This document shows positions 25,401 to 38,600 of a stretch of DNA of 64,000 nucleotides, one piece after another; position 1 is the stretch's first letter; each line of letters starts with the position of its first letter. Position numbers and translations under genes: made by a program. The DNA is from Tubiluchus corallicola. Lineage: Eukaryota; Animalia; Priapulida. The stretch lies in assembly GCA_030141605.1 (NCBI GenBank), contig JAQGDQ010000301.1, positions 124,001-188,000 of the forward strand. The letters are read 5' to 3'. The notes below the pieces were generated by a model, which was not told the origin of the DNA, searched no databases, and saw only the letters and a program-made list of their open reading frames with translations.

Positions 25401-26390
25401 GTTCTAAGACAAAAATTAAATTTCAAATTTACCACTGTGATCAAGTATGAGCTGTCGAATCTGTGTAGTTCATCACAAAGTAACACATCCGAGCTGAGAG
25501 GTACAGCACCTGTTTTTTGTGCAATGCATTTCCGAAATGCAGGTGCTAGTGCCCGTCTAACTAGTGAATGGTGAAATGCATGTAACAGTGAAGAACTAGT
25601 GGCACGGACATGAAATCGTGTTTGTGTGGTAATAATTCTTTCACGTAACTCACTTTTGAAAAAATAGTATGTTTTCTTTCAATATTTTAAAGAATAGATT
25701 GGTTTCATCTACAGTTTAAGAATGGGTCCGGTTTTGCTTTAAGGCAGGTTTAGTATAGCGAGTATATGGCTAATAACAGTCTCAGTATGAACAAATAGTC
25801 TGCAAGGTCATATAAATCAATCTTATTTCAATTTGCAAATGCAAGCTGCTATAAGCACTAGAGAATGTGAGTTAGATGCTAAATCATAACCAAAAAGCAA
25901 GCCATTTTATGTTATAATTAGATGCAAGTAAGGAACCGCATTTAGCTGCAAAAAAGATAAAAAAAACTGCAAATAGTAATATAGTTTAAAACATTATCAA
26001 TTTAGATGCAGTGACTGTAAAAAAACTTTTTAATTTTCAAGCTTAGGAAAAGGCATAGCGTAAACCTATGTTACAATTATAATTCTATTGTTAACTTTAC
26101 ATGACGTAACAGCATGTGCAGGAAGAATAAAGTGAAAATTAAAATACATACACACAAACAGTGAAACAGCAAATAATAAATTATAATGCTGAACTACAAT
26201 TTTAAGCAAACACACCTTCCAACTGTGCTCTAGTGGACTCATAAAGTTGCTTGTAGTCAGCAGCTTCACGATAAAACTGATTAAGTTTAGTTTGAGCATC
26301 ATGAAATCTTGCCACTCCTAATGCAGCTAGTCCTATAGCTGCTATAGCTAATACCACCTTATTGCCTTTTTTGCTGCAGATTCCTGGCAT
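10436..26390 (-). CDS. GOLIM4: Golgi integral membrane protein 4 (GPP130)-like type II membrane protein, ~831 aa, 11 coding exons
   Basis: Exons (minus): 26390-26216, 24321-24247, 21925-21876, 21298-21245, 20848-20719, 18968-18886, 17874-17812, 17525-17478, 16497-16399, 13417-13371, 12107-10436; all GT-AG, phases compatible, 2496 nt in total. N-terminus MPGICSKKGNKVV-TM..YKQLYESTRAQLEVVYENKRNLESLLQRESSDHKSTKEEFLAHRLEAEDQLAKQKLEADNRYTALDQQFKLFK matches the GOLIM4 coiled-coil stem (human ..ESLSAQLQVVYEHRSRLEKSLQKER..SRYSALNVQHQMLK). Distal exons are less certain. Confidence 0.82.
16678..17160. repeat. Degenerate ~15-16 bp minisatellite (GGACAAGTTTGGACAC-like), probably internal to a non-autonomous element
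   Basis: Recurring ggacaagtt, gtttgaacac, caagtttggatgc, caatttgggacat units. Confidence 0.6.
17205..17278 (-). mobile_element. tRNA-derived SINE head (degenerate)
   Basis: Minus strand reads ccagtaactgaacttgtagagtaacc..gaggtattaggtttgaatcctgtttggtcc: A-box-like and B-box-like motifs at tRNA spacing, but no intact cloverleaf. Confidence 0.5.
22707..23330 (-). mobile_element. Degenerate non-LTR retrotransposon (LINE) ORF2 3' fragment
   Basis: Broken ORFs give KSKCIIF..IFLGG..VTHLDHVL and YCHAYYGSKTW..WHIVVRKL..YKTHRYMLP, typical of the post-RT C-terminal region of CR1/L2-group LINEs; frameshifted. Confidence 0.6.
25121..25738. mobile_element. Non-autonomous Kolobok-like DNA transposon, apparently full length
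   Basis: Flanked by TTAA at 25117-25120 and 25739-25742, with AG..CT termini and imperfect TIRs (AGCAATACAGGA vs reverse complement AGCAAAACCGGA). The 3' part recurs at 28035-28286 and ~38985-39288. Confidence 0.65.
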
Positions 26391-26499
26391 GTTCTTTAGC
26401 ACTGTAATGAAACCATTACAACAATGTGGCAGATTATGTTCACGAGCTAGCCCAGCAGGTAGCCCAAGCAGTAGAAGCCTTGATTAAACCAAACCAATC

Positions 26500-27000
26500 C
26501 AGACACATCTAAATTCATCAACTGGAACAGCTGGGTTTTTATAAGTCAGACGTCATAAGGTAACTTAATTCATATTAATCAAAACTAGGTTTTGTCTGCT
26601 AGTTGACATCTTGCTGCAAAAAACTCTAATGAAGGTGATCAGACGCGAATGAAATTAATTTCCAGCAAATTTTACTCTAAAAAATTTACAGACCACACGT
26701 GTAGTTGTTTACCGTTTGCAGCGCTACCTAGTCCTTACTTTATTTACAACACCTGATCGATTTTTCGGTATTTTTAAAAACTATTTTTTATTGAAATTAT
26801 AGCCAATTCTCCTCTTGATTCAAGGCGGCTCTAGTATTATTTTTATCGGTATAGTTTGTATTATAATTTGCTTTTTTCCAGTTCCATTATACAGTAAAAA
26901 TGAACGGTAGTCAGTTACTGTAGTTTATAGTTGGCATTGATGCGCCAGCCTCATTGCTCATTTTGTCTGAAGCTAAAACACATTAATGAGAAGACAATTC
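26500..27000. promoter_or_regulatory. Probable divergent promoter region for GOLIM4 (-) and GPCPD1 (+)
   Basis: Lies between head-to-head genes, locally CpG-richer, E-box CACGTG at 26696, CRE-like GACGTCA near 26549, candidate minus-strand donors near 26711-26738. Inferred only. Confidence 0.4.
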
Positions 27001-27804
27001 TGCGATATGATTACACAGTGACAAAAGAAACGCTTCTGCACACTAGTTCTTATACCCCAAGACAAAAAACTTTGTTAGAATGGCAGCAAAGCTCATGAAA
27101 AGATATTGTCTAGAAGTGAAATCAGATGACCATGGTTTGATACATATTGTCATCTATTTTTTAATCACTCACCATTCAGTAACTTGTTTTTATTAACCAA
27201 ATCAATTGTACTACATCAATGCCTTAATTTAAGGAAGACTGTATGTTTCAGCGCCTTCACGAGCATGGCAAATTAAGAGTAAGACACTATTATTATGGTT
27301 GTAAAAATGCTCTTTTTTTCAGAAGTTTGTTGGAGAGACATCGTCCTAGTTTTAAATTTTTTGTTGATTAGGATACGAACAAATAGGTGAAAATATATAT
27401 ATAGTCTAATTTGTTTTTTATAGAAAGATATGCATATCGCTTACGTCTACGAGTTGTTCATTAAAATGTTTTGCTGTTTTTAAAATGTGTAATTTAGATC
27501 AATTCATGGCTTTGTAAGAAAAAGCGTGCAACTATTTAATTAAAAGAGTGACCACCCAAAATATAATTTATTGTAATTTACATGATTTGGCACATATACA
27601 TTATTACTTTTTATCACAACTCTAAGACTAAGCAGAACACAGAAGGACAACCAACCATACAATTAATCACTGGTTATCACATAGTTAACTCAATAGGCAC
27701 AATGCACTAATATTAGATTTCCACTTATATGACGTACAAATTAGCACATGTATAACTATTGAAAAAATGTTAAAAAAGAAAAAAATAACTCAACGAGTTA
27801 GACT

Positions 27805-27864
27805 GATCATATGACGTTTGCTTATAGGAATAGCGATCATATGACATTTGCTGATACGAAAAGC
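27805..27864. repeat. Short direct tandem repeat, 2 x 30 bp
   Basis: gatcatatgacgtttgcttataggaatagc followed by gatcatatgacatttgctgatacgaaaagc. Confidence 0.8.
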
Positions 27865-28034
27865 AAGTGTCAAATGGTCACCTGCACTGAGGTCATGATG
27901 AAATTTATAACTTTAGAATGAAGCCCGTATAAATGATTCAAGGTTAACCTAATCTAAAATTACAGCTTGAACGACTCTAGGTAGATTTGCAAAAGTTGTA
28001 GGAACCGGAATAAACTAGTTAGGTACTGAGAGGT

Positions 28035-28286
28035 ACATCCGAGCTGAGAGGTACAGCACCTATTTTTTGTGCAATGCATTTCCGAAAAGCGGGTGCTAGT
28101 GCCCGTCTAACTAGCAAATGACGAAATGCATGTAACAGTGAAGAACTAGTGGTACGGACATGAAATCGTGTTTGTGTGGTAATACTTCTTTCACGTAACT
28201 TACTTTTGGAAAAATAGTATGTTTCAATATTTTAAAGAGTAGATTGTTTTGACCTATAGTTTAAGATTGGGTCCGGTGTTGTTTAA
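28035..28286. mobile_element. 5'-truncated copy of the Kolobok-like element at 25121
   Basis: Highly similar to 25485-25742 (acatccgagctgagaggtacagcacct..gggtccggtgttgtttaa). Confidence 0.8.
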
Positions 28287-29621
28287 AGCATAGTGCTTCA
28301 CTAAAGCTTTGCTTAACTACAGATTAGCATAATGCTTAATAAGAAATTGTAAAACCTCTGAAAAGTAGTAGTACTTGCTATAGCTCTGCATGCTGAGTGC
28401 TTTGAGCCCAGGGAAACAATTGCTGACACAGGCTTCGTTAAAATAGTGAATTAAGAGAAAAATCTATTAGTTCTTTCAAGTAATTAAATGATCTCTGGAC
28501 AGGTATCATCGAAACCTTGCAAGAGTAAATTAAACCACATGTGAATGAAACAAATTCTGGATGAACGTTAGTTTAACAAAACATGCTTTGTGTTGCTCAG
28601 TTTGCATATATGTTACTGCTGTACACTTTTTTGTATTGAAAACACGGGAAGAGTTAATAAAATGTTAGTATCCACAATAATTGCCCGTACTCCTCCTCGT
28701 CTAGATATTTACAGTAAACATAGTTTTCTTATCATATCTCTAAGAATAAATATGCTATCGTGTGATATAAATGGTCATGATGTGATTCCTTTGCTCAAAT
28801 ACGTAAGTTTTAAAAACAGTGAGCTGAAGAACAGCAAAATGCTGCCCATGTACAGGAATAAATAATGTCACTCCAATAATTACGTAAATTATGTCATTAA
28901 TTCCTTAAGCTATTTTTGAGGTCACACATCATAATTTTCAAACATTTCTGCATTGTGCATTTTTTGTATTTGAAGCAAGTTTTTTATGCCAAATGTATTG
29001 TACGATAATTTTCGCATTTTTATTTGTACATTAAAATTCTATGAAGTTTGATCCTTGACTACTTTTCCTTTTATTCTCAACCTGTTCTGCAGAAAGTAGC
29101 CAGTTCAAAGATTACAGTGTTAATAATTTTTATTTAGACTTGCAGAATCGTGATGCTTATTACGAATTTGTCTGCTTTTGGTACCTGTTGACCTATGCTT
29201 TTAATTAAATTTTTAATTTAAAAAATTCCGTGTCAAGATTGTAAGTAAAGTTATTACCTAAAAACAGCAGATTTCTTTTAAAACACAAGTATGCGCCATC
29301 AGTCCACCTGTATATTTACTGGATGGATTGTCAGTTACAGGTTCATTTGCTTTTTTAGGCACGTTTTTCTTCATTGCACTCCTTGCTCACTGATTTTGAA
29401 TGACTTGCACCACACTGCATCACCTGGATGTCTGTGACTGCTCTGTGCATGTTCACTTGATGGCACAATGGAAAATGTGAGAGAACTAAAAGGCAGACAT
29501 TTTCTGGTGGTATAGCAATACAAGTAATAAGATGTGTGTGAGCCTGAGAAACAACTCAGACTTTTGGATTTTCTTTTCCTGTGGTGAGTTGTTCACAAAA
29601 ATTACAGACTGAAACTTCACC

Positions 29622-32600
29622 ATGGGCGAGGTCAATAGTCCTAGCCATGTAACTGTGACATTTACAGTGTGTGCTCCTGAAACTAAAGATGGTGAGGCTG
29701 TATACATGGCGGGTAGTTGTACACAGCTGGGAGCTTGGTATCCAAATTCAGCACAAAAATTGAGTTGTGTGCAGGGAAGGTATATATGTACAATCATTCA
29801 GTCGTTACTTTAAATATTGGCGATTATTTATTAAAATCATTTATTAAATTTATTTGTTATTATGCTATATACATTGCTGTTTTGTGCTGTTTGTAAGCAT
29901 TTAGTTCTACATATTGGCCTATATAGTATTATGAGTTAAAAATATTTGCCATTTTTGTCAGTTATGTGTTTTGTGTTATAGCTGCACATCGTAGAATACA
30001 GAAATTAGAACTTGGATATCTTTGGATATATTATACGGAAAATATTTTATTTAACTGTTTGATGCGCTTTACTGTAACACTAAAATTTATCTTACAACTT
30101 TGCTTGAAACAAATCATCGTAGAACTACTCACTTGTCTAAGTAATTTGATCCGTCAGAGAAATTCTGAAGAAACAACATGCATGAAACTGTGAATAATGG
30201 CATCAGCATAATTACTTAAAGCACAAGAAAACCCTCAACTTACATAAAGCTAAAAAAATTGCTTTGAAATTTTATACCACTTACATATTACCTTTTTGCA
30301 TGCGCGATTTAAGTTGGCCGTAACGTTGTATAAAACGCGTTGTATAAACTCCCGCGATGACCGTTAGGCGCAGTCATTTTGATGGTAGGTTGTTTGAAAC
30401 AAGTTTAGATAACACTGAGTGAAGTTTGAAAAAGTGATCAGAGCATTCGTAGCATACATGTCGCTAACTAAATAAAATTTTAAATTACTGTATCTTGTCA
30501 ATAAGATTAAAAATACGTTTTTGGTTAGTGAGTGGCACACCGTAGAGGGTGAGTCAGCAACATTTTGCCAATTGACACAAACATTTTAAATTATTATTGC
30601 TAGTTACATAAGTCTTTCCAGCAAGTAAGCGAAATGCTAAGTAATATAGATTTACACGGAAAGTTTTTGGGACATAATTTGACATTGCCTTTTTTCCCCT
30701 GATTTATGTTTGCGTGAGTGACATCCTGTAATGGCACTGTCGAAACAGTATTGCAGGAGATTTAAAATGAAAACAAACAAAAATTTCTTTTAACGCGAGT
30801 ACGGTACATGCATAAAAATTTTTTGTGAAGTAATACAATTTTAAGGTGGTTTTTCTGAAACCTACTTCATGTACCCCTTTTCTTGTCCTTTAAACATTTT
30901 TGTCTAAATTCAGGTGATCTGTATTAATATAGTTATGCACATTTGCAATATTTGAGCTGCAGATGATTGAAATTTTGTGGATTGTTGATGGCGAAAATAT
31001 TTGGAGTTCCGTTGTTTTCATATATTTTTTGTTCTTATTGATCATACAGTTTTTTCATATTGCACTGCACATGAGCAATACTGTAGACAATACTTTTCGC
31101 CCTTTTTTACATTAATAAGCTTTTGATATTTTGAGCTTAGTGTCTTTCATGCAAATGATAATAAGTTACCAGTAAGCTAAAAAAATTGCAGTTTTTTAAA
31201 TGTACTGGTCAATGCATATTAAATGCATTATTTTGCTTTTTGAAGAGGCTGTTTTAAGCTTTTTCTGTTTTTCAGGAAGTAACATTTTAGCTTTTTGTTC
31301 TAGCAACACGTGGTCGATCACACTGAACTTTGCTGAAGAAGAGCAGGTGGAATATCGTTACTTCATCGCTACTGTTGTACCTGTGTTTGAATCGACGGAG
31401 GACGTTGAGCTAATCGTGTTAAAATGGGAAAATTTTATTTTTCCACGATCATTTACTCTATCTTGTATGCATTCTTTTCTTTGCCTTTATTCATTGTCTA
31501 TCATTTAAGTCCGTAAGTTCATTTTATTGTTAATGTTCATCGCAGCGTTTTGCAACTTAAATTGCTGGTTCTGAATGGGATTTGGTAGCCTAAGAAGAAT
31601 CTGAATTTCTTAAACATTTTTTTTCGATAAACTAAGTATCTTAATAGTATAAAAATTACTGAAAATTAGTATAAATATAGTTTCCTACAACTCCATATAT
31701 TCAAAGTATAGGAAAATGCATTATATTTTATGGTGAGCACTTAAATGTAAACATGTATATCTTGATCCAGCTTTTAACATAATCTCTCTTTGTGGTAGTA
31801 CTCCGTGGAAGTGATATCATAATAGGATAGATTGACATAAATTTGTCAACGTAAATGTAATATTTTTTTGTAATCAAATCGAATTAGACGTCAACGATTG
31901 TGGTAATTATTGATGTTGCAGCAAGCGTCACAGCAGCTAATGATATTTTTGGCCAGTATCAGCACAAATGTCAGATCGGTAGTGGCTGGCTCACGTGCCA
32001 GACAGAGCTGCGGATCTTGCTCCATTCTAACCCCATCAAGATGTGGAAACAACGACATCAACATCTACAGTTCTGTATCAAAATGGCAACAATAGATCTC
32101 CGTCATAAAGAAGTAAGGACTAAGAAAAAATGTGTGCTTCTGTTTCCTATTCTGGTCATACTGTCCACGGTATCATGATGTTTCATGCAAACATTGTTTC
32201 AAGTTGCGGTTCTTGTATAGGCAATGTGGAACTGCAGCGCCACTATTTCCCCTCGATATTATCGATAGCATTCAAAATAATGAGTTTTTTCTTTCATTTT
32301 TTCTTTATACTTGCGCTTTATATTATCCTTAAGCTTAATGTCAGTTACCATCCCCTAGCTCATGAAAAAATTACAAAAATCCTTGTATGGAATTGTGCAC
32401 TTCATAGTTCCAGCAGCACGGTGTTTGTCTCTTGTATGCATGTGGCTGCGCACTAGAGATCAGAAGCTGCACATTAGGTAGAGAGAGCACTGTCGCTCAC
32501 GCAGTGTTGACCCTGTTGTTACACAATTTTAAAACAATAGCTAAACATTTTCTAAAGCAGCACCCCACTAATTTTAACTACGATCTGCCCCTGGTTATTT

Positions 32601-35600
32601 CATCATTCAAGTCCATTCTGTACACATACTGTACTTAGTTAAGTTGTCTGTGAAATTTGGGTATACCTGGTGCTTAATTACAACGTACAAGATTGTTTTC
32701 CACTTCCGTTCTGAGTTGGCCGATTTTGATGTGGCTGCTGGTCAGTTTAGCTGCAGTTACCTAGCTTGGTGACCAAACCGGACTGTGTGTCAAGATCACT
32801 AATTGTTTTTAATTCTGAAAACTAAACCTGTGATAAATTGATGATTGTTGAGTCTTTTTGCCATTAACTTCTATAAACCAGACCGTGAAAAATCACTTTT
32901 CTGGCCATTCTGCCGTCATTTTCAAAGTTTAAAAGGGCTAATCACAGGCCAAGTTTCATGAAGCTATAATTACAGTCATACGTTATTATAATGCCCTCCT
33001 TAATAATGCTAGCCTCTCTTCACATATTTTTGGCAAAGCAAAATGTCTATAATTGCACCCATTATAATGCCGACTCGCTTAACGCCAACATTTTTTGCAG
33101 TCCCAAAGTAGGCGGTATAAGGATATTCGACTATAGTGTATATTTTATATATAATACACACAAACACACTTGAAGAGAAGGAAAAATTTACAAATACACA
33201 TTTAACTAAGGTAATGTAATTAAGAAGCTTTTGACAGAAGCGTTAGTCCACGGTGTTAAAATTTGTCCCAGCAGGAACATCTTATAATGTGTGAGTCGCT
33301 ATACAGCTGTTAGTGCTAATGTTGTTTGTTAAATGAGTGCCGGTAAATAAATCTTGTCTTTGCCTTTGTTTCTTGAAGGTTCATCAGAATGAGCAGTTGT
33401 TAAGTTGTACAGAAAGTCATTTAATATTTATAAAAATGAAATGGTGAAGCAACTTAGGCAGACTACTTAGCATGTGCTGATTATATTTTAAACGCGAATA
33501 ATTGATCAGATTTGATAAATTTGATCGTGATTAAATTGATGAATTTTTTCCACATTATTTTTTGTAGCTATTTCAAGGATATTCTTGTTAACTGCTACAC
33601 TCTATGTTGCTTAATGTTCCTTAAATTGTACATTCTAATTATTTATAATAATAATTAGTAATTAATAATAATATAATCACACAGAGAAAAACAGAAACTG
33701 TCTTTCACACAACGCTTGATTTGTTGAAAGAAAAGCAAGCGTTTCCCCTTCCGTGTGCGCTAGGTGTTTCGCGAAACACTAAGCCACTGCAAAGTGACAC
33801 TCAACCTTTTGATCGACAACAACTCACGTTTGACTGAAGAAAGCAACGACTGTACTGTGGTTGTTATAGAATTCTGTCATGCATGCGTTCTTTGCTTCTT
33901 CTATGTCCATTCCGTGCTTGAAGCGATCAGAATAGGTTGGAATAAAATTGTTTGGCTGCCCTCTGAGTGCACTTATCTTTATCATGCTGATAAAAGTAAT
34001 AGTTACAAATCACGCTATATTCATCGAACACTTTACTAAAGCGCTATGTAAAAAATTGGGATTATTTTGAATATTTGTCATATTTAGTGTCATATTTGGT
34101 ACCACACTATAATTATTTTCTGGTCTAAATGAGCACACTACTGGTTTGTTAATAATCAGTTACATAAATTACAGGTTATTGTATCATGTGGGTTTTCTCA
34201 AGATTTTGTTTAAAAAAATGGCTGTCTTATTTTTAGAGCACTACTAGTATGGAACCAGAGGATCATGATGATACATGTACTAGTCAATCTTTTACTGACG
34301 ACGATGTTGAAATATCGGTATGCAAAAATTTGTATATTATTGCTGTGTAGAAGTGGCTTATTCTAGTGTTGATAAATGTCTGTTGAGGTATTGAACTAGT
34401 TACGATTTAGCATGGTGAAAAGCTTTAAGTTTTAGCATTATTAAAATGCTTCTTAAAATGCTTGGTAATACTTATTAAAGAGGAAAAAGCCTTTCTATCA
34501 TTCTTATAGTACTGTTATTTGTTTGAACTAATTTACTCATTCCTATTGTTTGTAGAAGTTTAAGAGACGGCCATTGTGAGTTTTAAATTGTTTAGAAAAC
34601 ATTTAGAAACGTTCAAGGCAGCCGACATGAACTTTCTCTACCTGTTAAATAACTGATAATCTATGTCTACTGTTTACATATAGTTGACTTTTTATGCTGC
34701 ATACTTGTAAACAATTTTTGTTTGTATTGCTTTGTTTAAGGTAAAAATTAGCTGTCATATCTGCCATCGTAATCTTTGTGAATAGAAAATTGGGTTTTAT
34801 CAAAATTATACAACAATTTCTGTTTTTCTAGTGATTTGTAAGGTAAATTAGAAAGGAAATTAAATAAGGAAAACATGTAAAGAAGTTTTCAAAAAATGCA
34901 TAACTTCTACCTTACAGCAGTAGCCGCCAGTTGCTTAAGTGCTTAATGTTGTGCAGATTTAACTTTAATAGAGAAAAGGTGGTGCCGTCTTTCAATAATA
35001 GTGTTGAGAGAGAGATTTATTCTACGAGGGAGCAATTTTGCAACAAGACAAAGTTTTTTTTACAAAAGGAGACATACAGCTTTTTGATTTTTCATCAGCA
35101 GTTTTTGATTGCATACGTACAAAATTCTGGAGAAGTGTAGGCATCGCTTTTTTTTGTTGAGCCAATTATACAAATTGTGTTTTTCATTGACATGTCCAGT
35201 CATTCTATTTGTTTTATCAGATTTTATCCAGTCCGGAAAAGTACAAGTTTCATAAGCAGGAGCAGCATGGACATTTAGTACAGCGTGACGACATAATTGT
35301 TTTTCGGACACAAACAGTGGACAACAACTTCTTGGTAAGTAGTCTTTTTTGTTTTCCTTAAAATAAAACTTAAGTGAACAAAGTTACATGTATTACAGAA
35401 TTTGCTTATTAAACTCAAGTCAGACAATTGTCGATGTTGATGGTTTTGATAGCTAGATCCTAAAATTATTTGTAATTACCATATGATGTATTATCAAAAT
35501 TTATATACTCAACTTGAAACCTTGAGCATATCCATTTATATAGTATGTCTGTACTTAACTTTTATAAGTATCTCGTTTTGACATTTGGTTAAGTTAGATT

Positions 35601-38600
35601 GTGTGCTTGTTATGCATTTATGTCAGTTATTATTGTTGGATCTACAATCCCGTAGTCAATAAAATTAACTGTCGACTTTCTTGGCTCCATTAGTCCTTTC
35701 CGAAACTAGTAGCAAAAATAATGTGCAGAGACAACAGGCTCAGGAAGAAATGGAATGGGGTTGTTAAGGGATAAACTCTTGGCAAACTTGGCATTGGTCA
35801 ATTGGCCAGTATTTTAAGAGACTATTGAGTTTACTGGGAGTACTGCTTGATGGGCTAGTTGGCTGACTGAGCGTGTGGCTTGAGTGGTCAATGCAGCTGA
35901 AGAGTGCAAAACACTGAAATAATATTTTCTTATTTAGGCATTGAAAGTAGATTTTTACATTCACAATTCAACTGTATCTGATAATGATCCACAATGCAAA
36001 GGTTTCGCTTACATTCTTCCCATGAATCTCAGACATTTGCAGGGTGAAAAATTTGTTCCCATCACTGGAATGCGCCATGCACCTATTGGTCAACTGAAAT
36101 GTGAGTTTTTATCGATTATTTGCAGCTTTCTGTTAATAAAGAAAAGTTAGTAAAGAATCGAGTTTAAACGAAGCATATCGTATAATCGATAATACTATTT
36201 TCGAAGGTTAGCTTTCAGAAGGTGAAATTTGGAAATTTTTCAAAAGAAATAAGAAAGGAAGTGCAACAAGTGATAAATGTCATGAGATGCCGAACTGCTG
36301 TCCATGAACATAATATGATTATTTCCCTTTCTCTAGATTGATATTAATATTAATTGTTTTGACCGATCGAATTGATATATTGAAAATTTCAACCTTTTTT
36401 AAGCGGAATAAATTAGCTTGTTTAATGTTGATCAGAGGGGTACAGATATCCGAAATAAGTATGAATGAAACTTCCTAGAGCAAGTGTTGAACCTAACTGA
36501 CATTCACTAGCCAGATTTGGCATTGCTTAACTTTAGTCAAGACATGCACAGTACACTGTTTGGCTACTATTTACCTAGGCGCCACTTTTCAAACAACCCT
36601 TAACTGTATTTACTGCAGAAGAAATCTAAATTAGCTATAAACTTACCATATTGCGTTATAATTGCTTGTGAAGAATAGTTTCTATTGTGATTACTAGATA
36701 TGCCTCTCTTTCTCTTGTCCAGAATGTATTTTAAAATAAGCTTGTAAGGAAGTAAAGTGGTAAGTAAATCGCTGACTGATATGTTATGTTTATGGATTTT
36801 TGTGTCATTAGTTTATTCTACTTCACTTTAGTTGACTTCTTGGTTATTAAGCCGCTGGATGGTTATGTTTGTGACATGAGTTACACTTACAATCAGCACT
36901 GGAAACATCGTAGACCACTCGATGTTGGTCACCGAGGGATGGGAAGTTACTACAACAAGAAACGGTAGTTAACAAAGGTTTCCTTAGCTTGTTGATTTAC
37001 TTCTTTCCACGACTGTTATCTGTTGAGCTTTTCGAATGGATGCTGGTGATCTTGTAATTGTTTTAGTAACTTAAACAATTTGTGGCAAATGCTGAGTTAT
37101 AGATTAACGTTTTTTTACCTGGTTAATAAAATAGGTCTATGTTGCTCTACTGAATTGTTATACCTTACTTAAAACAAAAATTTACTAATCAAAACAGAGC
37201 AACTTAATTAAATTAAGCAAATACTGCTATTTATTCTAAATTTTGGCAATTTGCCAGCAAGATTCTTGTTTATTACCGTTTATTCATCTTTCACTTGGAA
37301 ATGTTAATTTTAGCAAAAGTAAGATTGCCATTGTGGAAACTGAAAGAAGTTTCAATAAAGCTCAGATTGGCTGTTTGGTCCAATTTTTCTTCTGTTCATC
37401 TTATATGAGATTAAGTGTGGAGCAGGCACCACTTTTAGGGGTTTAATTTTTACCAATTTGTATATATGTTATACACTCTTTCTCAACTGAATTAATAGCG
37501 GGGCAGTATTATCAGCGGAACTGTATAGTTACCAATGAGACTGTATACATAGTTGTTAACTAGTGGTATCATATCAGAAATCAAATTATATACCGTATAT
37601 ACTCGCATATAAGCCGAATTTAGAACTATAAAATACAATACTGAAATCAGGGGGTCGGCTTATATGCGCATGAAACAAAATGAACACAAGGACAGACACT
37701 AATGCCAATTTTCGGTTTTAAATAATGTCAATTTCTTTCAAATTTGTGAATGTAAAATGGTAAGTCTTGAGACTAGCCGTCCACCTACTTTTTATTTAGC
37801 AATACACCACTGTGTGTCACCAGTTGAGAGCCGTAACCAAGCCGACGTCATCAGCCAATTGGTAGGCAGCGCGTAGGGAGACGAGGGTCACGTGGCTTAT
37901 AGAGGAACAGCAAACCAATGAGGCAAACGTGAGCACGCGGCCATAGAATTTAAAAGTGTGCTGAATTTTGATAATTTTAGTTGTAAAATTATTTGTGCAA
38001 TACACCATGCCTGGAGAAAAAAGAAAACATATGTCCTATACTGCTGACTTCAAGCTAAAAGTTGATGGTCGGCTTATATACGGGTTTTTGCAAAAACTGG
38101 CCATTTTAAAGCACTTTTAGGGGGTCGGCTTATATGCGATGTAGGCTTATATGCGAGTATATACGGTACATAGTTTTACGCTGCTTTTCAGAATGGCACT
38201 TTCCCGAGAAAACACAATAGCTTCACTGAAATCTGCTGGTCGACATGGAGCTGACTTTGTTGAATTTGATGTGCATTTGTCCTTTGACAAAATTCCAGTT
38301 TTGTATCATGATTTCACTGTGTTTATCGTAATGCAAAAGGTAGGTGTTTACTAACTGTTTAATAATGAGTAGCACGAAATTTTTTTATGACTTTGTCTGA
38401 TGTCTGTTTTCAGATAAGATGGCTTATTTTCCAAAAAAAGCCAGCTAGAAAATGTTGTTTACCATTTCGTGTGGCATCGTGTGTTTTGACCAAAATACGA
38501 AAAGCTTGCGACTTATTCGTTCACTGACAGTCAATTTTTTGTCTCTTTTTCAGAAGTCGGACAGAAATAATAGAGAACTTTTGGAGGAACTTTATGAAAT

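Noticed and set aside
34931-35140. ORF in a GPCPD1 intron as a candidate exon
   Set aside because: Exon 35221-35334 supplies the expected QEQxG segment with better splice sites.
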